Shown here piece after piece: positions 16,597 through 26,715 of a DNA stretch of 32,000 nt. The notes beneath the pieces are model-generated. The model had not been told where the DNA came from, did not search any database, and saw only the letters and a program-made list of their open reading frames with translations. Within the stretch, counting starts at the first letter, position 1. Each line of letters opens with the position of its first letter. Source of the DNA: Alkanindiges sp. WGS2144 (GTDB lineage Bacteria; Pseudomonadota; Gammaproteobacteria; Pseudomonadales; Moraxellaceae); the NCBI RefSeq assembly GCF_043950625.1, contig NZ_CP171007.1; one strand, 5' to 3'. A program made the position numbers and the translations under genes.

Positions 16597-16632
16597 CAAA
16601 GGCTGCATTTGCTGGTGGCCTTTGATTTTGTT
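16597..16632 (+). terminator. Probable terminator after the 4-TM protein gene
   Basis: caaaggc(16597-16603)/gcctttg(16618-16624) followed by attttgtt. Confidence 0.5.
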
Positions 16633-16694
16633 AGCCCTGAATCTTTGCTACAGTAAGGTAAATTTTTTAAGATGAAGTGGGCAAGGGGATAGCG

Positions 16695-16895
16695 ATGGGC
16701 TTACGCTGGACGGATAGTATTGATATTGCACTGGAGTTACTGGAAGCGTACCCAGAGGTAGACCCGCAATATATCCGCTTTACTGATTTGCATCGCTGGA
16801 TTTGTGAGCTTCCAGAGTTTGAGGATGATCCTAACCGTTCTAATGAAGGGGTTTTAGAGGCAATCCAGATGGCCTGGATTGACGAAGCTTCCTAA
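16695..16895 (+). CDS. iscX: Fe-S cluster assembly protein IscX
   Basis: MGLRWTDSIDIALELLEAYPEVDPQYIRFTDLHRWICELPEFEDDPNRSNEGVLEAIQMAWIDEA is collinear with my recollection of E. coli IscX ([29 protein letters not shown].WI). ATG 16695 is preceded by GGGGA; the GTG at 16677 is rejected. Confidence 0.9.
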   Translation: MGLRWTDSIDIALELLEAYPEVDPQYIRFTDLHRWICELPEFEDDPNRSNEGVLEAIQMAWIDEAS

Positions 16896-16960
16896 TTAAG
16901 CATTTGATCTCATTAAAAAACCTTACTAAAGAAGCAGAGGTTCTTCTCTCTTTAAGGAGC

Positions 16961-17210
16961 AGTATTCCTCAGGGCAATACGATATTTTGCTTATCCTTGT
17001 CAGAAAAATTATAGATTTTTTTCAGGGTAGTATGTTTCTCGCCAAAAAAAATCATACTTGCGGATGAGGAATGTATTCCGCAAGATTCCATCTCTTACGC
17101 TCGGGCGGAACAGTGTTTTGTTTATCCTCTACAGAAAAATCGCAGATTTTTCTCTTGCGCTCGGGCAAAACGATGTTTTGCTTACCCTCGCTCAGGTATA
17201 ATGCGTCATC
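16961..17210. repeat. Family of ~60-bp imperfect repeats (three clear copies, two in tandem) in the iscX-ndk intergenic region, each with A/T-run hairpins
   Basis: Copies lie at about 16961-17023, 17091-17152 and 17151-17203. They share ctc(a/g)ggc..aac..tgttttg(c/t)tta(t/c)cct. Hairpins are gcaaaac-gat-gttttgc (17165-17181) and agaaaaatc-gca-gatttttct (17133-17153). A further hairpin, cttgcgga-12 nt-tccgcaag, is at 17057-17084. Confidence 0.7.
17197..17202 (+). promoter_or_regulatory. Candidate -10 element (TATAAT) of the ndk promoter, embedded in the third repeat copy
   Basis: A perfect TATAAT lies 40 nt upstream of the ndk ATG. No good -35 is present at 16-18 nt. AGGAG RBS is at 17231-17235. 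Confidence 0.35.
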
Positions 17211-17241
17211 TTTTTTATGACCGTTTTTTTAGGAGCTTGTC

Positions 17242-17673
17242 ATGGCAGTAGAACGTACTTTATCAATTATCAAACCCGATGCAGTCAGCAAAAATCACAT
17301 TGGTGACATTTTTAGCCGTTTTGAGAAAGCGGGCTTAAAAATTATTGCGACTAAAATGAAGCATTTAAGCCAAGCTGATGCCGAAGGTTTTTATGCTGAG
17401 CACAAAGAGCGTGGCTTTTTTAACGATCTGGTAAGCTTCATGACTTCAGGTCCGGTGGTAGTATCTGTTTTAGAAGGTGACAATGCTGTGCTGGCACACC
17501 GTGAAATTCTGGGTGCAACCAACCCGAAAGAAGCAGCCCCTGGTACTATCCGTGCTGATTTTGCCACCAGCATTGACGAAAATGCAGCGCACGGTTCAGA
17601 TTCTACTGGCTCTGCTGAGCGTGAAATTAGCTACTTCTTCAACGATAACGAAATTTGCCCACGTACCCGTTAA
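17242..17673 (+). CDS. ndk: Nucleoside diphosphate kinase
   Basis: [15 protein letters not shown]..., the 143-aa length and the NAAHGSDS active-site His block are classic Ndk features. Confidence 0.96.
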   Translation: MAVERTLSIIKPDAVSKNHIGDIFSRFEKAGLKIIATKMKHLSQADAEGFYAEHKERGFFNDLVSFMTSGPVVVSVLEGDNAVLAHREILGATNPKEAAPGTIRADFATSIDENAAHGSDSTGSAEREISYFFNDNEICPRTR

Positions 17674-17686
17674 TCGTTCATTTTTT

Positions 17687-17730
17687 ACAAGCCAGATCAG
17701 TGTTATGATACCGGTCTGGCTTGTTTTTTA
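17687..17730 (+). terminator. Rho-independent terminator of ndk
   Basis: acaagccaga(17687-17696)/tctggcttgt(17715-17724), a 10-bp stem, followed by ttttttat. Confidence 0.85.
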
Positions 17731-17776
17731 TACAGTATGCTGGTTTGGCTGTTATATGTTTATTTTACTATTGCCT

Positions 17777-17792
17777 CGGTATTTAAATACCG
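17777..17792. promoter_or_regulatory. 16-bp perfect palindrome CGGTATTTAAATACCG upstream of rlmN (possible operator or 5'-UTR hairpin)
   Basis: Read directly from the sequence. It is centred 38 nt upstream of the rlmN ATG (17823). I cannot name a regulator. Confidence 0.3.
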
Positions 17793-17822
17793 GACACAGC
17801 GAATATCTTTAGACTATAGGTT

Positions 17823-19142
17823 ATGCACCCCAATACCCCCGATTTATTAGCGCAAGCACAAAATGCAGAAAATTCCCCGGCAGCACTACCTATGCCTGCT
17901 ATGGATGCTTGCGCTAGTGAGTCAAATCCATCGAACCCGCCTTGCCTGGATAAGCAGAAAACCAATTTACTGGGTTTGTCACGTCCGCAAATGGAAGCAT
18001 TTTTTGAGCAGCTGGGTGAAAAAAAGTTTCGTGCCAGCCAGGTACTCAAGTGGATTCACCAGTTTGGTGTGAGTGATTTTGACCAGATGACCAATCTGGC
18101 TGGCAAGTTGCGTGAAAAATTAAAAGCGGTGGCCTATATTCAGTCGCCTGAGGTCGTGCACAAGCATTTTTCCAAAGACGGTACACGTAAATGGGTGTTT
18201 CGTGTCGGAGAAGGTGCGGGATCTCTGGTTGAAACGGTACTGATTCCGGCTGATGACAAAACCGGCGCACGTAAAACCTTGTGTATTTCTTCGCAGGTAG
18301 GCTGTGCTTTGGATTGTAGTTTTTGCAGTACAGGCAAGCAGGGTTTCCAGCGCGATTTAACAGCCGCAGAAATTATTGGTCAGCTGTGGGTTGCTAATCA
18401 GTCTTATATGGAAGGCGTACCGGTGGGTGAGCGTACCCGCACGGTGACCAATGTGGTCATGATGGGTATGGGTGAGCCATTGCTTAATTTTGAGCCGGTA
18501 GTGTCAGCCATGCGCCTGATGCTGGATGACTTTGCCTATGGTATGTCCAAGCGGCGTGTGACTTTGTCTACCTCTGGCATTGTGCCGATGATTGACAAGT
18601 TGGGCGAAGAAATTGATGTGGCACTGGCAATTTCCCTGCATGCACCCAATGATGCCTTGCGTAATGAGCTGGTGCCAATTAACAAAAAATATCCACTGGC
18701 AGAATTGATTCCGGCAGCACGGCGCTATATTGCCCGTGATGGTGGACTTGAAAGCTCCCGCAAGCATGTCACGATTGAATATGTCATGCTCGATGGCGTT
18801 AATGACCAGCCAGAGCATGCGCAACAATTGATTGCACTGCTTAAAACCCTGCCCAGTAAAATTAATTTAATTCCTTTTAATCCGTTTCCACATGCGCCCT
18901 ATGGTCGTTCCAGCCGTAACCGCATTATGGCTTTTCAAAAGCAGTTGTCCGATGCTGGTTTTGTATGCACAGTGCGTATGACCCGGGGTGATGACATTGA
19001 CGCAGCCTGTGGGCAGCTGGTTGGACAGGTGGCTGATCGTACCCGCCGTGCTGAGCGCTGGCAGAAAAAAGTCAGCAGGGTGCAGGCACAGCCTGTATCG
19101 ACTGGTAATAATCCTACCCTAATATTAAAAACACGAGGTTAA
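17823..19142 (+). CDS. rlmN: 23S rRNA/tRNA (adenine-C2)-methyltransferase RlmN (radical SAM)
   Basis: [12 protein letters not shown], the radical-SAM cluster motif [22 protein letters not shown] and DIDAACGQL match RlmN. The N-terminus is ~25 aa longer than I recall for E. coli, so the start is uncertain. Confidence 0.93.
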   Translation: MHPNTPDLLAQAQNAENSPAALPMPAMDACASESNPSNPPCLDKQKTNLLGLSRPQMEAFFEQLGEKKFRASQVLKWIHQFGVSDFDQMTNLAGKLREKLKAVAYIQSPEVVHKHFSKDGTRKWVFRVGEGAGSLVETVLIPADDKTGARKTLCISSQVGCALDCSFCSTGKQGFQRDLTAAEIIGQLWVANQSYMEGVPVGERTRTVTNVVMMGMGEPLLNFEPVVSAMRLMLDDFAYGMSKRRVTLSTSGIVPMIDKLGEEIDVALAISLHAPNDALRNELVPINKKYPLAELIPAARRYIARDGGLESSRKHVTIEYVMLDGVNDQPEHAQQLIALLKTLPSKINLIPFNPFPHAPYGRSSRNRIMAFQKQLSDAGFVCTVRMTRGDDIDAACGQLVGQVADRTRRAERWQKKVSRVQAQPVSTGNNPTLILKTRG

Positions 19143-19200
19143 GGTGAATATTTTGCAGTTTTCACTGAATTTTAGAGATAACCGGTATCGCGCAAGCCGG

Positions 19201-19989
19201 ATGATTCAAATGTTTAGTGTCACTGTGCTGGTTGCTGCCTTGCTGACCGGCTGCCAGACTACCACCCGTACCCTTAAGGTTGATCCAAAAGCCGCAGTAG
19301 CAACACGTACGGCTCTGGCGGCTGAATATATCCGTAGTGGTGATCTGGATGCTGCCAAGCGTAATCTGGATGAAGCGCTGTCCACTGAGCCTCGGTCAGT
19401 GGAAGCGAACAATATGATGGGCGTGCTATTGCAGCAAGAAGGCAGTGCCTCCAACATGGAAAAAGCTGAGGCTTATTTTAAACGGGCCATTGCACTGGAT
19501 CCAGATTACGCGCAGGCACGTAACAACTATGGTGTGTATCTGAATGGCCGCAAGCGCTATCAGGAAGCTATCGCCCAGTTTAAGGTGGCAGGTGCGACGC
19601 TGGGTTATGATGGCCGCGCAGGAGCACTGGAAAATCTGGGGCGTACCTATGTGCAAGTAGGTGATATTGCCAATGCTGAAAAAACCTTTAAACAAGCATT
19701 ACAGGCCAACCGTGATTCCCTGATTTCCCGCCTGGAGCTGGCTGAAATTTTTCTACAGAAAAATCAGCTGCGTGAGGCCAGTGCTTTATATAATGACTAC
19801 TTGCGTGCCATCGGTTTGCAGCAGCAGGGTGCCCGTTCTTTATGGCTTGGAATCCGCATTGCCAAAGCAGAACGTGATACCATACGCATGCAAAAATTTA
19901 TCAGTCAGCTTAGGGCAGATTACCCAGCCAGTGCTGAGTATCAACGCTATCTTCAATTGCAACAAACTCCTGAGGCAGTATGGAAATAA
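19201..19989 (+). CDS. pilW: Type IV pilus biogenesis/stability TPR lipoprotein PilW (PilF of Pseudomonas)
   Basis: MIQMFSVTVLVAALLTGCQ is a lipoprotein signal with an LTGC lipobox, followed by TPR repeats. The position between rlmN and rodZ is typical. I prefer ATG 19201 over GTG 19144. Confidence 0.8.
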   Translation: MIQMFSVTVLVAALLTGCQTTTRTLKVDPKAAVATRTALAAEYIRSGDLDAAKRNLDEALSTEPRSVEANNMMGVLLQQEGSASNMEKAEAYFKRAIALDPDYAQARNNYGVYLNGRKRYQEAIAQFKVAGATLGYDGRAGALENLGRTYVQVGDIANAEKTFKQALQANRDSLISRLELAEIFLQKNQLREASALYNDYLRAIGLQQQGARSLWLGIRIAKAERDTIRMQKFISQLRADYPASAEYQRYLQLQQTPEAVWK

Positions 19990-20771
19990 ACAGCAACCAG
20001 CAGCCTTCATCCAGTGCTAGTACGGGTCATTTAACCAATGCTCAGCGTCCTGGTGAATACTTACGGCAACTTCGCTTGACACAGCAGCGTGAACTCAGTG
20101 AAGTGGCACGTGAACTGAACATGCCAGAGCGGCAGCTCAATGCACTGGAAGCTGATGATTATAAATCCCTGCCAGAACCGGCGTTTATCAAAGGGTATTT
20201 ACGTGCTTACGCCAAATTGCTGGGTACCCGTGCGGACAGCCTGATCCAGCGTTTTGATGAGATTTATACCAGTGATACCGGTTTACCCAGCAATCATGCG
20301 CTGGAAAACTCTCCCCTAAAGGCGCTGGGACGCCTACAAAGTAGCCGACGTGGCCGTTTTGGCTGGCTAAAGTGGCTGCTGCTTGGCCTGATTGTGCTGG
20401 CGATTTTGTGGGCACTGGTAGCTGGTGTGCGTTCCTTGCGTAGTACGCCGGCTCAGGCCACGGATGAGACTGCTCCGGTGAGTCAGGTCAACGCTGAACC
20501 TACTGTACTGGCTTTACCTAGCAGTAATGTGAGTACCCAGGATCAACTGAATCTGAGCTTTAGTCGTCCAGTTAATATTTCCATTAAAGACAGTACCGGC
20601 AAGACACTGGCATCAGGCAGGCAGGAGCAGCCGCTTGGTTTGTCAGGTGAGTCGCCGTTTAGCATTCGTCTGGATGATGCAACAGCAGTGAGTTTAAGTT
20701 TTAATCAGGAACAAATTTCCCTAACACCTTACACCGTAAACGGCAAGGCAGAGTTTCGCCTGTCCCGCTAG
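19980..20771 (+). CDS. rodZ: RodZ-like cytoskeleton protein (N-terminal HTH, single TM, C-terminal DUF4115-like domain)
   Basis: It has a PGEYLRQLRLTQQRELSEVARELNM HTH, one TM segment (WLKWLLLGLIVLAILWALVAGV) and the conserved position between rlmN/pilW and ispG. It overlaps the pilW 3' end by 10 nt. Confidence 0.8.
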   Translation: MEINSNQQPSSSASTGHLTNAQRPGEYLRQLRLTQQRELSEVARELNMPERQLNALEADDYKSLPEPAFIKGYLRAYAKLLGTRADSLIQRFDEIYTSDTGLPSNHALENSPLKALGRLQSSRRGRFGWLKWLLLGLIVLAILWALVAGVRSLRSTPAQATDETAPVSQVNAEPTVLALPSSNVSTQDQLNLSFSRPVNISIKDSTGKTLASGRQEQPLGLSGESPFSIRLDDATAVSLSFNQEQISLTPYTVNGKAEFRLSR

Positions 20772-20837
20772 GCTAGGTATTATGGTGTAAAACCGGTTTG
20801 TTCAACCCCAGAACTTTTGTTTGTGGATACTAGCACT

Positions 20838-21956
20838 ATGCAGCACTCTCCCATTGTACGTCGTCCCACCCGCAAAATCCGGGTTGGGTCAGTGCATGTT
20901 GGCGGTGACGCGCCCATTACGGTGCAAACCATGACTAACACCGACACCTGTGATGTCGGGGCGACAGTTGCCCAGATCCAGCGCTGTGTGGATGCAGGGG
21001 CTGATATTGTGCGGGTATCTGTGCCTACCATGCAGGCAGCAGAGGCATTTGGCCAGATTCGCAAGCAGGTTGAAGTGCCGCTGGTGGCGGATATTCATTT
21101 TGATCATAAAATTGCGCTGGCCGTAGCCGATTATGGTGCCGATTGCCTGCGCATTAATCCGGGCAATATCGGAAACGAAGATAAAGTGCGCGAAGTGGTG
21201 GCAGCCGCACGCCATCATGGCATTTCCATGCGTATTGGGGTGAATGCTGGTTCACTGGAAAAAGACCTGCAAAAAAAATATGGCGAGCCCACCGGTGAAG
21301 CCTTGCTTGAGTCGGCAATGCGGCATATTGATATTCTGGATCGCCTGAACTTTCACGAATTTAAAGTCAGTGTTAAAGCCTCAAATGTGTTTTTAACGCT
21401 GGATGCCTACCGTCTACTATCCAGGCAAATTGATAACCCGCTGCATCTGGGCGTGACTGAAGCCGGGGTATTTCGTCTGGGTACGGTCAAATCAGCTATT
21501 GCGCTGGGCAATTTGCTGCTAGATGGGATTGGCGATACCTTGCGGGTTTCTCTGGCCGCCGAGCCGGAAGATGAGGTCAAGGTTGGTTTTGATATTTTAA
21601 AGTCCTTAAATATTCGCTCCAATGGGATTAATTTCATTGCCTGCCCCAGCTGTTCACGGCAGGAATTTGATGTAATCCGGGTGATGAATGCCCTGGAAGA
21701 ACGTCTGGAAGATATTCGCGTGCCCATGGATGTGTCAGTCATTGGTTGCAAGGTGAATGGTCCGGGTGAAGCCAAGGAGGCCGATATTGGGGTAGTGGGT
21801 GCTGCACCGCGCTCTTTGGTTTATATGAATGGTGAAAAAAGTCATTTAATTGATACCAGCCGTTTGGTGGATGAAATTGAAGCCATGGTGCGTGCCAAGG
21901 TGGATGCACTTGAAAAAGCCAGACAAAAAGAAATTATTCGCGCCAAATCTGAATGA
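20838..21956 (+). CDS. ispG: 4-hydroxy-3-methylbut-2-en-1-yl diphosphate synthase (flavodoxin)
   Basis: [38 protein letters not shown] and ACPSCSRQ (Fe-S Cys ligands) match IspG/GcpE. I prefer ATG 20838 (MQHSPIVRR) over TTG 20817. Confidence 0.94.
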   Translation: MQHSPIVRRPTRKIRVGSVHVGGDAPITVQTMTNTDTCDVGATVAQIQRCVDAGADIVRVSVPTMQAAEAFGQIRKQVEVPLVADIHFDHKIALAVADYGADCLRINPGNIGNEDKVREVVAAARHHGISMRIGVNAGSLEKDLQKKYGEPTGEALLESAMRHIDILDRLNFHEFKVSVKASNVFLTLDAYRLLSRQIDNPLHLGVTEAGVFRLGTVKSAIALGNLLLDGIGDTLRVSLAAEPEDEVKVGFDILKSLNIRSNGINFIACPSCSRQEFDVIRVMNALEERLEDIRVPMDVSVIGCKVNGPGEAKEADIGVVGAAPRSLVYMNGEKSHLIDTSRLVDEIEAMVRAKVDALEKARQKEIIRAKSE

Positions 21957-21969
21957 GTTTTAATGGGTT

Positions 21970-23316
21970 ATGAGTTCAATTACAGCAATCAAAGGCTTCA
22001 ATGATATCTTACCTGCGCAAACCAAAGCGTGGCGTTTTTTAGAGCAGCAACTTGCCAGCCTGATGGATGCCTATGGCTATCAGCAAATCCGTTTGCCGCT
22101 TGTTGAGCAAACGGGGTTATTTAAACGTGCTATTGGTGATGCCACTGACATTGTTGAAAAAGAAATGTACACCTTTTTTGACAAGGGCGATCCACCTGAT
22201 TCTTTAACCTTGCGTCCGGAAGGAACGGCAGGTTGCGTACGTGCCATGCTGGAGCATAACTTGCTACGTGGGGCAGCCCCACGGGTGTGGTATCTCGGCC
22301 CCATGTTTCGCTATGAAAAACCGCAAAAAGGCCGTTATCGCCAGTTCCACCAGTTTGGTGTAGAAACCTTTGGCGTGGCAAGTCCTGATATTGATGCCGA
22401 AATTATCCTGCTTACTGCACGTTTGTGGCAGCGCCTGGGCGTTGCCAGCAAGGTACAGCTGGAGCTAAATACCCTGGGCGAGAGCAGTGAGCGTGCCGGG
22501 TACCGTCAGGCATTGGTAGATTATTTAACCAGCCATAAAGATAGTCTTGATGAAGATTCCCAGCGCCGTTTAACAACAAATCCCTTAAGAATTCTGGACA
22601 GTAAAAACAGCCACACCCAGCAGATTCTGGAAAACGCGCCCAAGCTACATGATTTTATGGGTGAGGACACGCTTGCACACTTTGAGCAGCTAAAGGCCTA
22701 TCTGGATGCAGCTGGTATTAGCTATGTCATCAACCAGAAGCTGGTACGTGGACTGGATTATTACAACAAAACAGTATTTGAGTGGACAACGACTCATCTG
22801 GGTGCACAGGGTACAGTGTGTGCTGGTGGCCGCTATGACGGGCTGGTCGGTCAGTTAAAGGGGAAGCTGGAGCAAAGCATTCCTGCCGTAGGGTTTGCAC
22901 TGGGTATGGAGCGTTTGCTGTTATTGCTTGAACAGACAGAGCAGGTTGTTGATCAAAGCGAATGTGATCTTTTCTTGCTGGCTGATCCGAGCTGTCAGGG
23001 GCAGGCGCTGGTACTGGCCGAGCAGCTGCGTAATCAGTTCGAGCAGCAGCACCGCCCGATCCGTCTGAAAACCGGCAGTCAGGGTAGCTTAAAAAGCCAG
23101 ATGAAAAAGGCTGATCAATCTGGTGCTAGACTGGCCTTAATTCTGGGTGAGCGTGAGCTGCAAAATCAGCAAATTGGCATTAAGGTACTGGCCACCGGAG
23201 AGCAGGCTACTGTGTCGCTCACCGATTTAGAACGCTATTTACTTGAACAATTAAATCAATTCGCTACAGTAGAGCATTCTTTTTTAAATCATGAGCAAAC
23301 AGGAAGCCCCGCATGA
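21970..23316 (+). CDS. hisS: Histidine--tRNA ligase
   Basis: [39 protein letters not shown] and GGRYDGL are class II HisRS motifs. Confidence 0.95.
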   Translation: MSSITAIKGFNDILPAQTKAWRFLEQQLASLMDAYGYQQIRLPLVEQTGLFKRAIGDATDIVEKEMYTFFDKGDPPDSLTLRPEGTAGCVRAMLEHNLLRGAAPRVWYLGPMFRYEKPQKGRYRQFHQFGVETFGVASPDIDAEIILLTARLWQRLGVASKVQLELNTLGESSERAGYRQALVDYLTSHKDSLDEDSQRRLTTNPLRILDSKNSHTQQILENAPKLHDFMGEDTLAHFEQLKAYLDAAGISYVINQKLVRGLDYYNKTVFEWTTTHLGAQGTVCAGGRYDGLVGQLKGKLEQSIPAVGFALGMERLLLLLEQTEQVVDQSECDLFLLADPSCQGQALVLAEQLRNQFEQQHRPIRLKTGSQGSLKSQMKKADQSGARLALILGERELQNQQIGIKVLATGEQATVSLTDLERYLLEQLNQFATVEHSFLNHEQTGSPA

Positions 23317-24089
23317 GTACCCACTTAAGTGATGAAGAACAAATTGATCGCTTTAAAGGTTTTTTGAAAGCTTATGGCAATGCCATTATTACCGGCATTC
23401 TGGTTGCATTGATTATATTTTTTGGCTGGCAATATTGGCAAAAAAAACAGGCCGTGGAGCGTTACAATCTGGCGACCCAGTATCAGCATGTGGTCGATGC
23501 AGGCCAGCGGCTGGAAGCCAATCCTGACAATCAGGTATTGCGTAGTCAGTACTTTTCTCAGGCAGATGCCCTGGTAAAAGCAAGCCCGGACAGTGCGCAT
23601 GCGCTACAAGCTCAGTTTTTAAGCGCTAAAATTGCTGCCAGCAAGGGCGATTATGCGGTGGCTGAAAAACAGCTGGCTGCTGCCACCAAAAGCAAGATCA
23701 AGGATCAGGGCTTACAGCAACTGGCCTGGTTACGTCTGGCCTATATGCAAATGGCACAGGCTAAACTGGATGATGCATTAAGTAGCTTAAAACAGGTGAA
23801 TGATCCAGCATTTTTGCCTAGTGCCAATGAAGCAAAAGGCGATATTCTGGTACAAAAAAATGACCTTGCCAGTGCCAAAACTGCTTATCAGGCGGCTTGG
23901 GATGCGTTGGCACAGCGTGAAGAACCACGTCAGTTACTACAGGTCAAACTAGAGAGCCTGGGAGTGACAGTGCCGGATCTGAATATTGAGGGGCCTGTTC
24001 GTGAGCCACCACAAGTCCAGCAGCAGGCCGTTCAGCAACAATCTGTCCAGTCCGATCAATCCTCACCACAGTCAGCTTCTGGAGTATAA
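23313..24089 (+). CDS. yfgM: YfgM-like membrane-anchored TPR protein (ancillary SecYEG translocon subunit family), with Q-rich C-terminal tail
   Basis: An ATGA overlap with the hisS stop, an N-terminal TM anchor ([19 protein letters not shown]) and the conserved hisS-yfgM-bamB-der order support the call. The family assignment rests on synteny and architecture. Confidence 0.7.
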   Translation: MSTHLSDEEQIDRFKGFLKAYGNAIITGILVALIIFFGWQYWQKKQAVERYNLATQYQHVVDAGQRLEANPDNQVLRSQYFSQADALVKASPDSAHALQAQFLSAKIAASKGDYAVAEKQLAAATKSKIKDQGLQQLAWLRLAYMQMAQAKLDDALSSLKQVNDPAFLPSANEAKGDILVQKNDLASAKTAYQAAWDALAQREEPRQLLQVKLESLGVTVPDLNIEGPVREPPQVQQQAVQQQSVQSDQSSPQSASGV

Positions 24090-24093
24090 GGCC

Positions 24094-25257
24094 ATGGCAG
24101 TGAGCAAACCAAATAAACCTTTATTGCTGTCGACCTGCCTTGCAATGGCTATTTTGGCTGGCTGTAGTAAAAGCAGCAAGGTAGAAGTACATAAGCCAAA
24201 TCCTTTGCCCAAGCTCAGCCAGAGTCAGGCACTAACACCTGTGTTTAAAGCCAGTATTGCAGGTGGCGAAAAACTTGATCCTCTGCGCTTGCAGCTGGAT
24301 GCCACTGATGAGGCCATTTATGCAGTCAGCCGCAAGGGTGAGGTGGTAGCCTACGGTCTAAATGGTAAAAAAATCTGGCAAAGCAAAGCGCATAAGAAAG
24401 AAAAGAACCTTACCAGCGGCGTTAGCGTGGCTGACGGAACAGTGGTGGTGGGTTCGCGTGAAGGCGTACTGTATGGTCTGGATGCCAGTAACGGTAACCT
24501 GAGGTGGCAACGTCCGCTGAGTGGTTCCATTTTGGCACCTTCGCTGATTCATCAGGGACGCGTCATTACTTATAGTAATGATGGTACGGTGTATGGTACT
24601 GATGTTGCTACCGGTGAGCCAGTATGGACTTTTAATACAGCCTCCAGCCAGCTGAGTGTGCGCGGTACAGCAGCACCGGTACTGGCCGATGATGGCACTG
24701 TGATTATTGCCAGCAGTACAGGTTATATTTATGGACTGGATGGGGTAAATGGCATACCCAAGTGGCAGCGCCGTGTGGCAGTCAGTGAAGGTCGCTCTGA
24801 AGTACAGCGACTGATTGATATTGATGGTGATCCCATCATACAGGATAACACCCTGTATACGGTCAGTTATCAGGGTCAGATTACTGCGGTAGATTTAAGT
24901 TCCCAGCGCGTATTATGGGCGCAGGATACCAGCAGCTTGCGTAGCCCGGCAGTAGGCAATGGTTTGGTGTATGTAGCGACCACAGAAGGCAAATTGCAGG
25001 CCTTTAATCAGCAGACCGGCGAGAAAGCATGGGAGCAAGAAGCCCTGTCGTATCGCCAGTTGAGTAATCCTGTGCTGCTGGGTCAGTATGTGGTAGTGGG
25101 TGATCTGGATGGTTATTTACACCTGCTTGATCCGACCAGTGGCAATATTTTAGGCCGTGTGCGTAGCAAGGGCGAGGTTCGTACCATCCGCGTGATGGGT
25201 AATCGCTTGTATGTTGCTACCCGGACAGGCAACCTTAGTGTGTGGCAGGCTTCTTAA
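24094..25257 (+). CDS. bamB: Outer membrane protein assembly factor BamB (PQQ-like beta-propeller lipoprotein)
   Basis: MAVSKPNKPLLLSTCLAMAILAGCS has an LAGC lipobox, followed by repeated W-containing blades (G.L.AL....G...W). GGAG lies before ATG 24094; the longer ORF-track start at 23986 overlaps yfgM and is rejected. Confidence 0.9.
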   Translation: MAVSKPNKPLLLSTCLAMAILAGCSKSSKVEVHKPNPLPKLSQSQALTPVFKASIAGGEKLDPLRLQLDATDEAIYAVSRKGEVVAYGLNGKKIWQSKAHKKEKNLTSGVSVADGTVVVGSREGVLYGLDASNGNLRWQRPLSGSILAPSLIHQGRVITYSNDGTVYGTDVATGEPVWTFNTASSQLSVRGTAAPVLADDGTVIIASSTGYIYGLDGVNGIPKWQRRVAVSEGRSEVQRLIDIDGDPIIQDNTLYTVSYQGQITAVDLSSQRVLWAQDTSSLRSPAVGNGLVYVATTEGKLQAFNQQTGEKAWEQEALSYRQLSNPVLLGQYVVVGDLDGYLHLLDPTSGNILGRVRSKGEVRTIRVMGNRLYVATRTGNLSVWQAS

Positions 25258-25260
25258 TTC

Positions 25261-26667
25261 ATGAAACCCGTTTTAGCCTTGATTGGCCGCCCCAATGTGG
25301 GCAAATCCACCTTATTTAACCAGATTACCAAAAGCCGTAACGCGCTGGTGGCAGATATTCCTGGCTTGACGCGTGACCGTCAGTATGGTGATGCTACTTT
25401 TGAGAACAAGTCATTTATTGTGGTAGATACGGGTGGTATCGGCGAAGGTGAGGCCGGTATTGATTCCTATATGGCGGAGCAGTCGCGTACTGCCATTGAA
25501 GAAGCTGATATTATCCTGTTTGTGGTAGATGCCCGGGCAGGCTTGCTGGCTTCTGATGAGCAAATTGCCCGTGACTTGCGTGCACTAGGTAAAAAAGTGC
25601 ATCTGGTTGCCAACAAGGTAGATGGCGTTCATGCTGAGGCTGCGGTCAGCGAGTTTTTCAAGCTGGGCATGGGCGAGCCGCATCATGTGGCTGCCAGTCA
25701 CGGCCGGGGCGTGCAGCAGTTGCTGGAAGATGTGCTGGCTGAACTGCCGGAAGATGTTCCGGTCGATGAGCAGGAAAACATCAAGGGCTTGCGGCTAGCA
25801 GTGATTGGCCGTCCTAACGTGGGTAAGTCTACGCTGGTTAACCGCTTACTGGGTGAAGACCGGGTAGTGGTTTATGACATGCCTGGCACCACTCGCGACA
25901 GTATTTACATTCCTTATGAGCGTCAGGGCAGGCAATACACTCTGATTGACACGGCTGGCGTGCGTCGTCGTGGTCGCGTCAATGAAATGATTGAAAAATT
26001 TTCCGTGGTCAAAACCCTGCAAGCCATCAAGGATGCCCATGTGGTCGTGCTGGTACTGGACGCTCGTGAAGGTATTGTTGAGCAGGATTTGCATCTGCTG
26101 GGCTTTGCGCTGGAAGCAGGTCGGGCGGTAGTGATTGCCATTAATAAATGGGATGGCATGACAGATTATGATCGCAAGCAGGTTAAAGAAGCAGTTGAGC
26201 GACGCTTTGACTTTATTCCATGGGCACGCATTCATCTCATTTCAGCCCTGCATGGCACAGGTGTAGGAGATTTATACCCTTCCATTCACCGTGCTTATGA
26301 TGCGGCCATGACCAAAATTCCTACCCCGAAGCTTACCAAGATTCTGGAAGATGCAGTAGATCAACACCAGCCTCCCATGATCTCTGGCCGTCGTATCAAA
26401 TTGCGTTATGCGCACATGGGAGGTCAAAATCCGCCCATTATTGTGATTCATGGTAACCAGGTTGAAAAAGTACCGGCCGATTACCGCCGTTATCTGGAAA
26501 ACGTGTTCCGCAAGGTATTTAAACTGGAAGGTACGCCCATTCATATTGAGTTTAAAGCAGGTGCTAATCCATTTGAAGGACGTCGTACGCAGGTCGATCC
26601 ACGGGCAGCTGACCGTAAACGGCGCTATGTACAAAAATTCAAGAAAATGGAAAAGAAACGTCGCTAA
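25261..26667 (+). CDS. der: Ribosome biogenesis GTPase Der (EngA)
   Basis: Two tandem G domains (GRPNVGKST twice, DTGG/DTAG, NKVD/NKWD) plus a basic KH-like C-terminus. Confidence 0.96.
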   Translation: MKPVLALIGRPNVGKSTLFNQITKSRNALVADIPGLTRDRQYGDATFENKSFIVVDTGGIGEGEAGIDSYMAEQSRTAIEEADIILFVVDARAGLLASDEQIARDLRALGKKVHLVANKVDGVHAEAAVSEFFKLGMGEPHHVAASHGRGVQQLLEDVLAELPEDVPVDEQENIKGLRLAVIGRPNVGKSTLVNRLLGEDRVVVYDMPGTTRDSIYIPYERQGRQYTLIDTAGVRRRGRVNEMIEKFSVVKTLQAIKDAHVVVLVLDAREGIVEQDLHLLGFALEAGRAVVIAINKWDGMTDYDRKQVKEAVERRFDFIPWARIHLISALHGTGVGDLYPSIHRAYDAAMTKIPTPKLTKILEDAVDQHQPPMISGRRIKLRYAHMGGQNPPIIVIHGNQVEKVPADYRRYLENVFRKVFKLEGTPIHIEFKAGANPFEGRRTQVDPRAADRKRRYVQKFKKMEKKRR

Positions 26668-26680
26668 GTGCGGCGTTTTT
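26656..26680 (+). terminator. Possible terminator overlapping the der stop codon
   Basis: aaacgtcgc(26656-26664)/gcggcgttt(26670-26678), with one G-U pair, followed by a T-run. Confidence 0.45.
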
Positions 26681-26715
26681 CATGGCATATCCCTTATAGT
26701 AAAGCATAGGTTTTA

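Noticed and set aside
17091-17210. Tandem 60-bp repeats as a CRISPR array
   Set aside because: There are only two adjacent units plus one distant copy, with no unique spacers between repeats. The unit length is about twice that of CRISPR repeats, and there are no cas genes.
17477-17812. 111-aa plus-strand ORF from inside ndk through the ndk terminator
   Set aside because: It is out of frame with ndk, whose identity is unambiguous, and crosses a 10-bp-stem terminator.
23986-24093. Longer N-terminal extension of bamB (ORF-track start 23986)
   Set aside because: The extension overlaps the yfgM 3' end in another frame. ATG 24094 has a GGAG RBS and yields a canonical lipoprotein signal peptide (LAGC).
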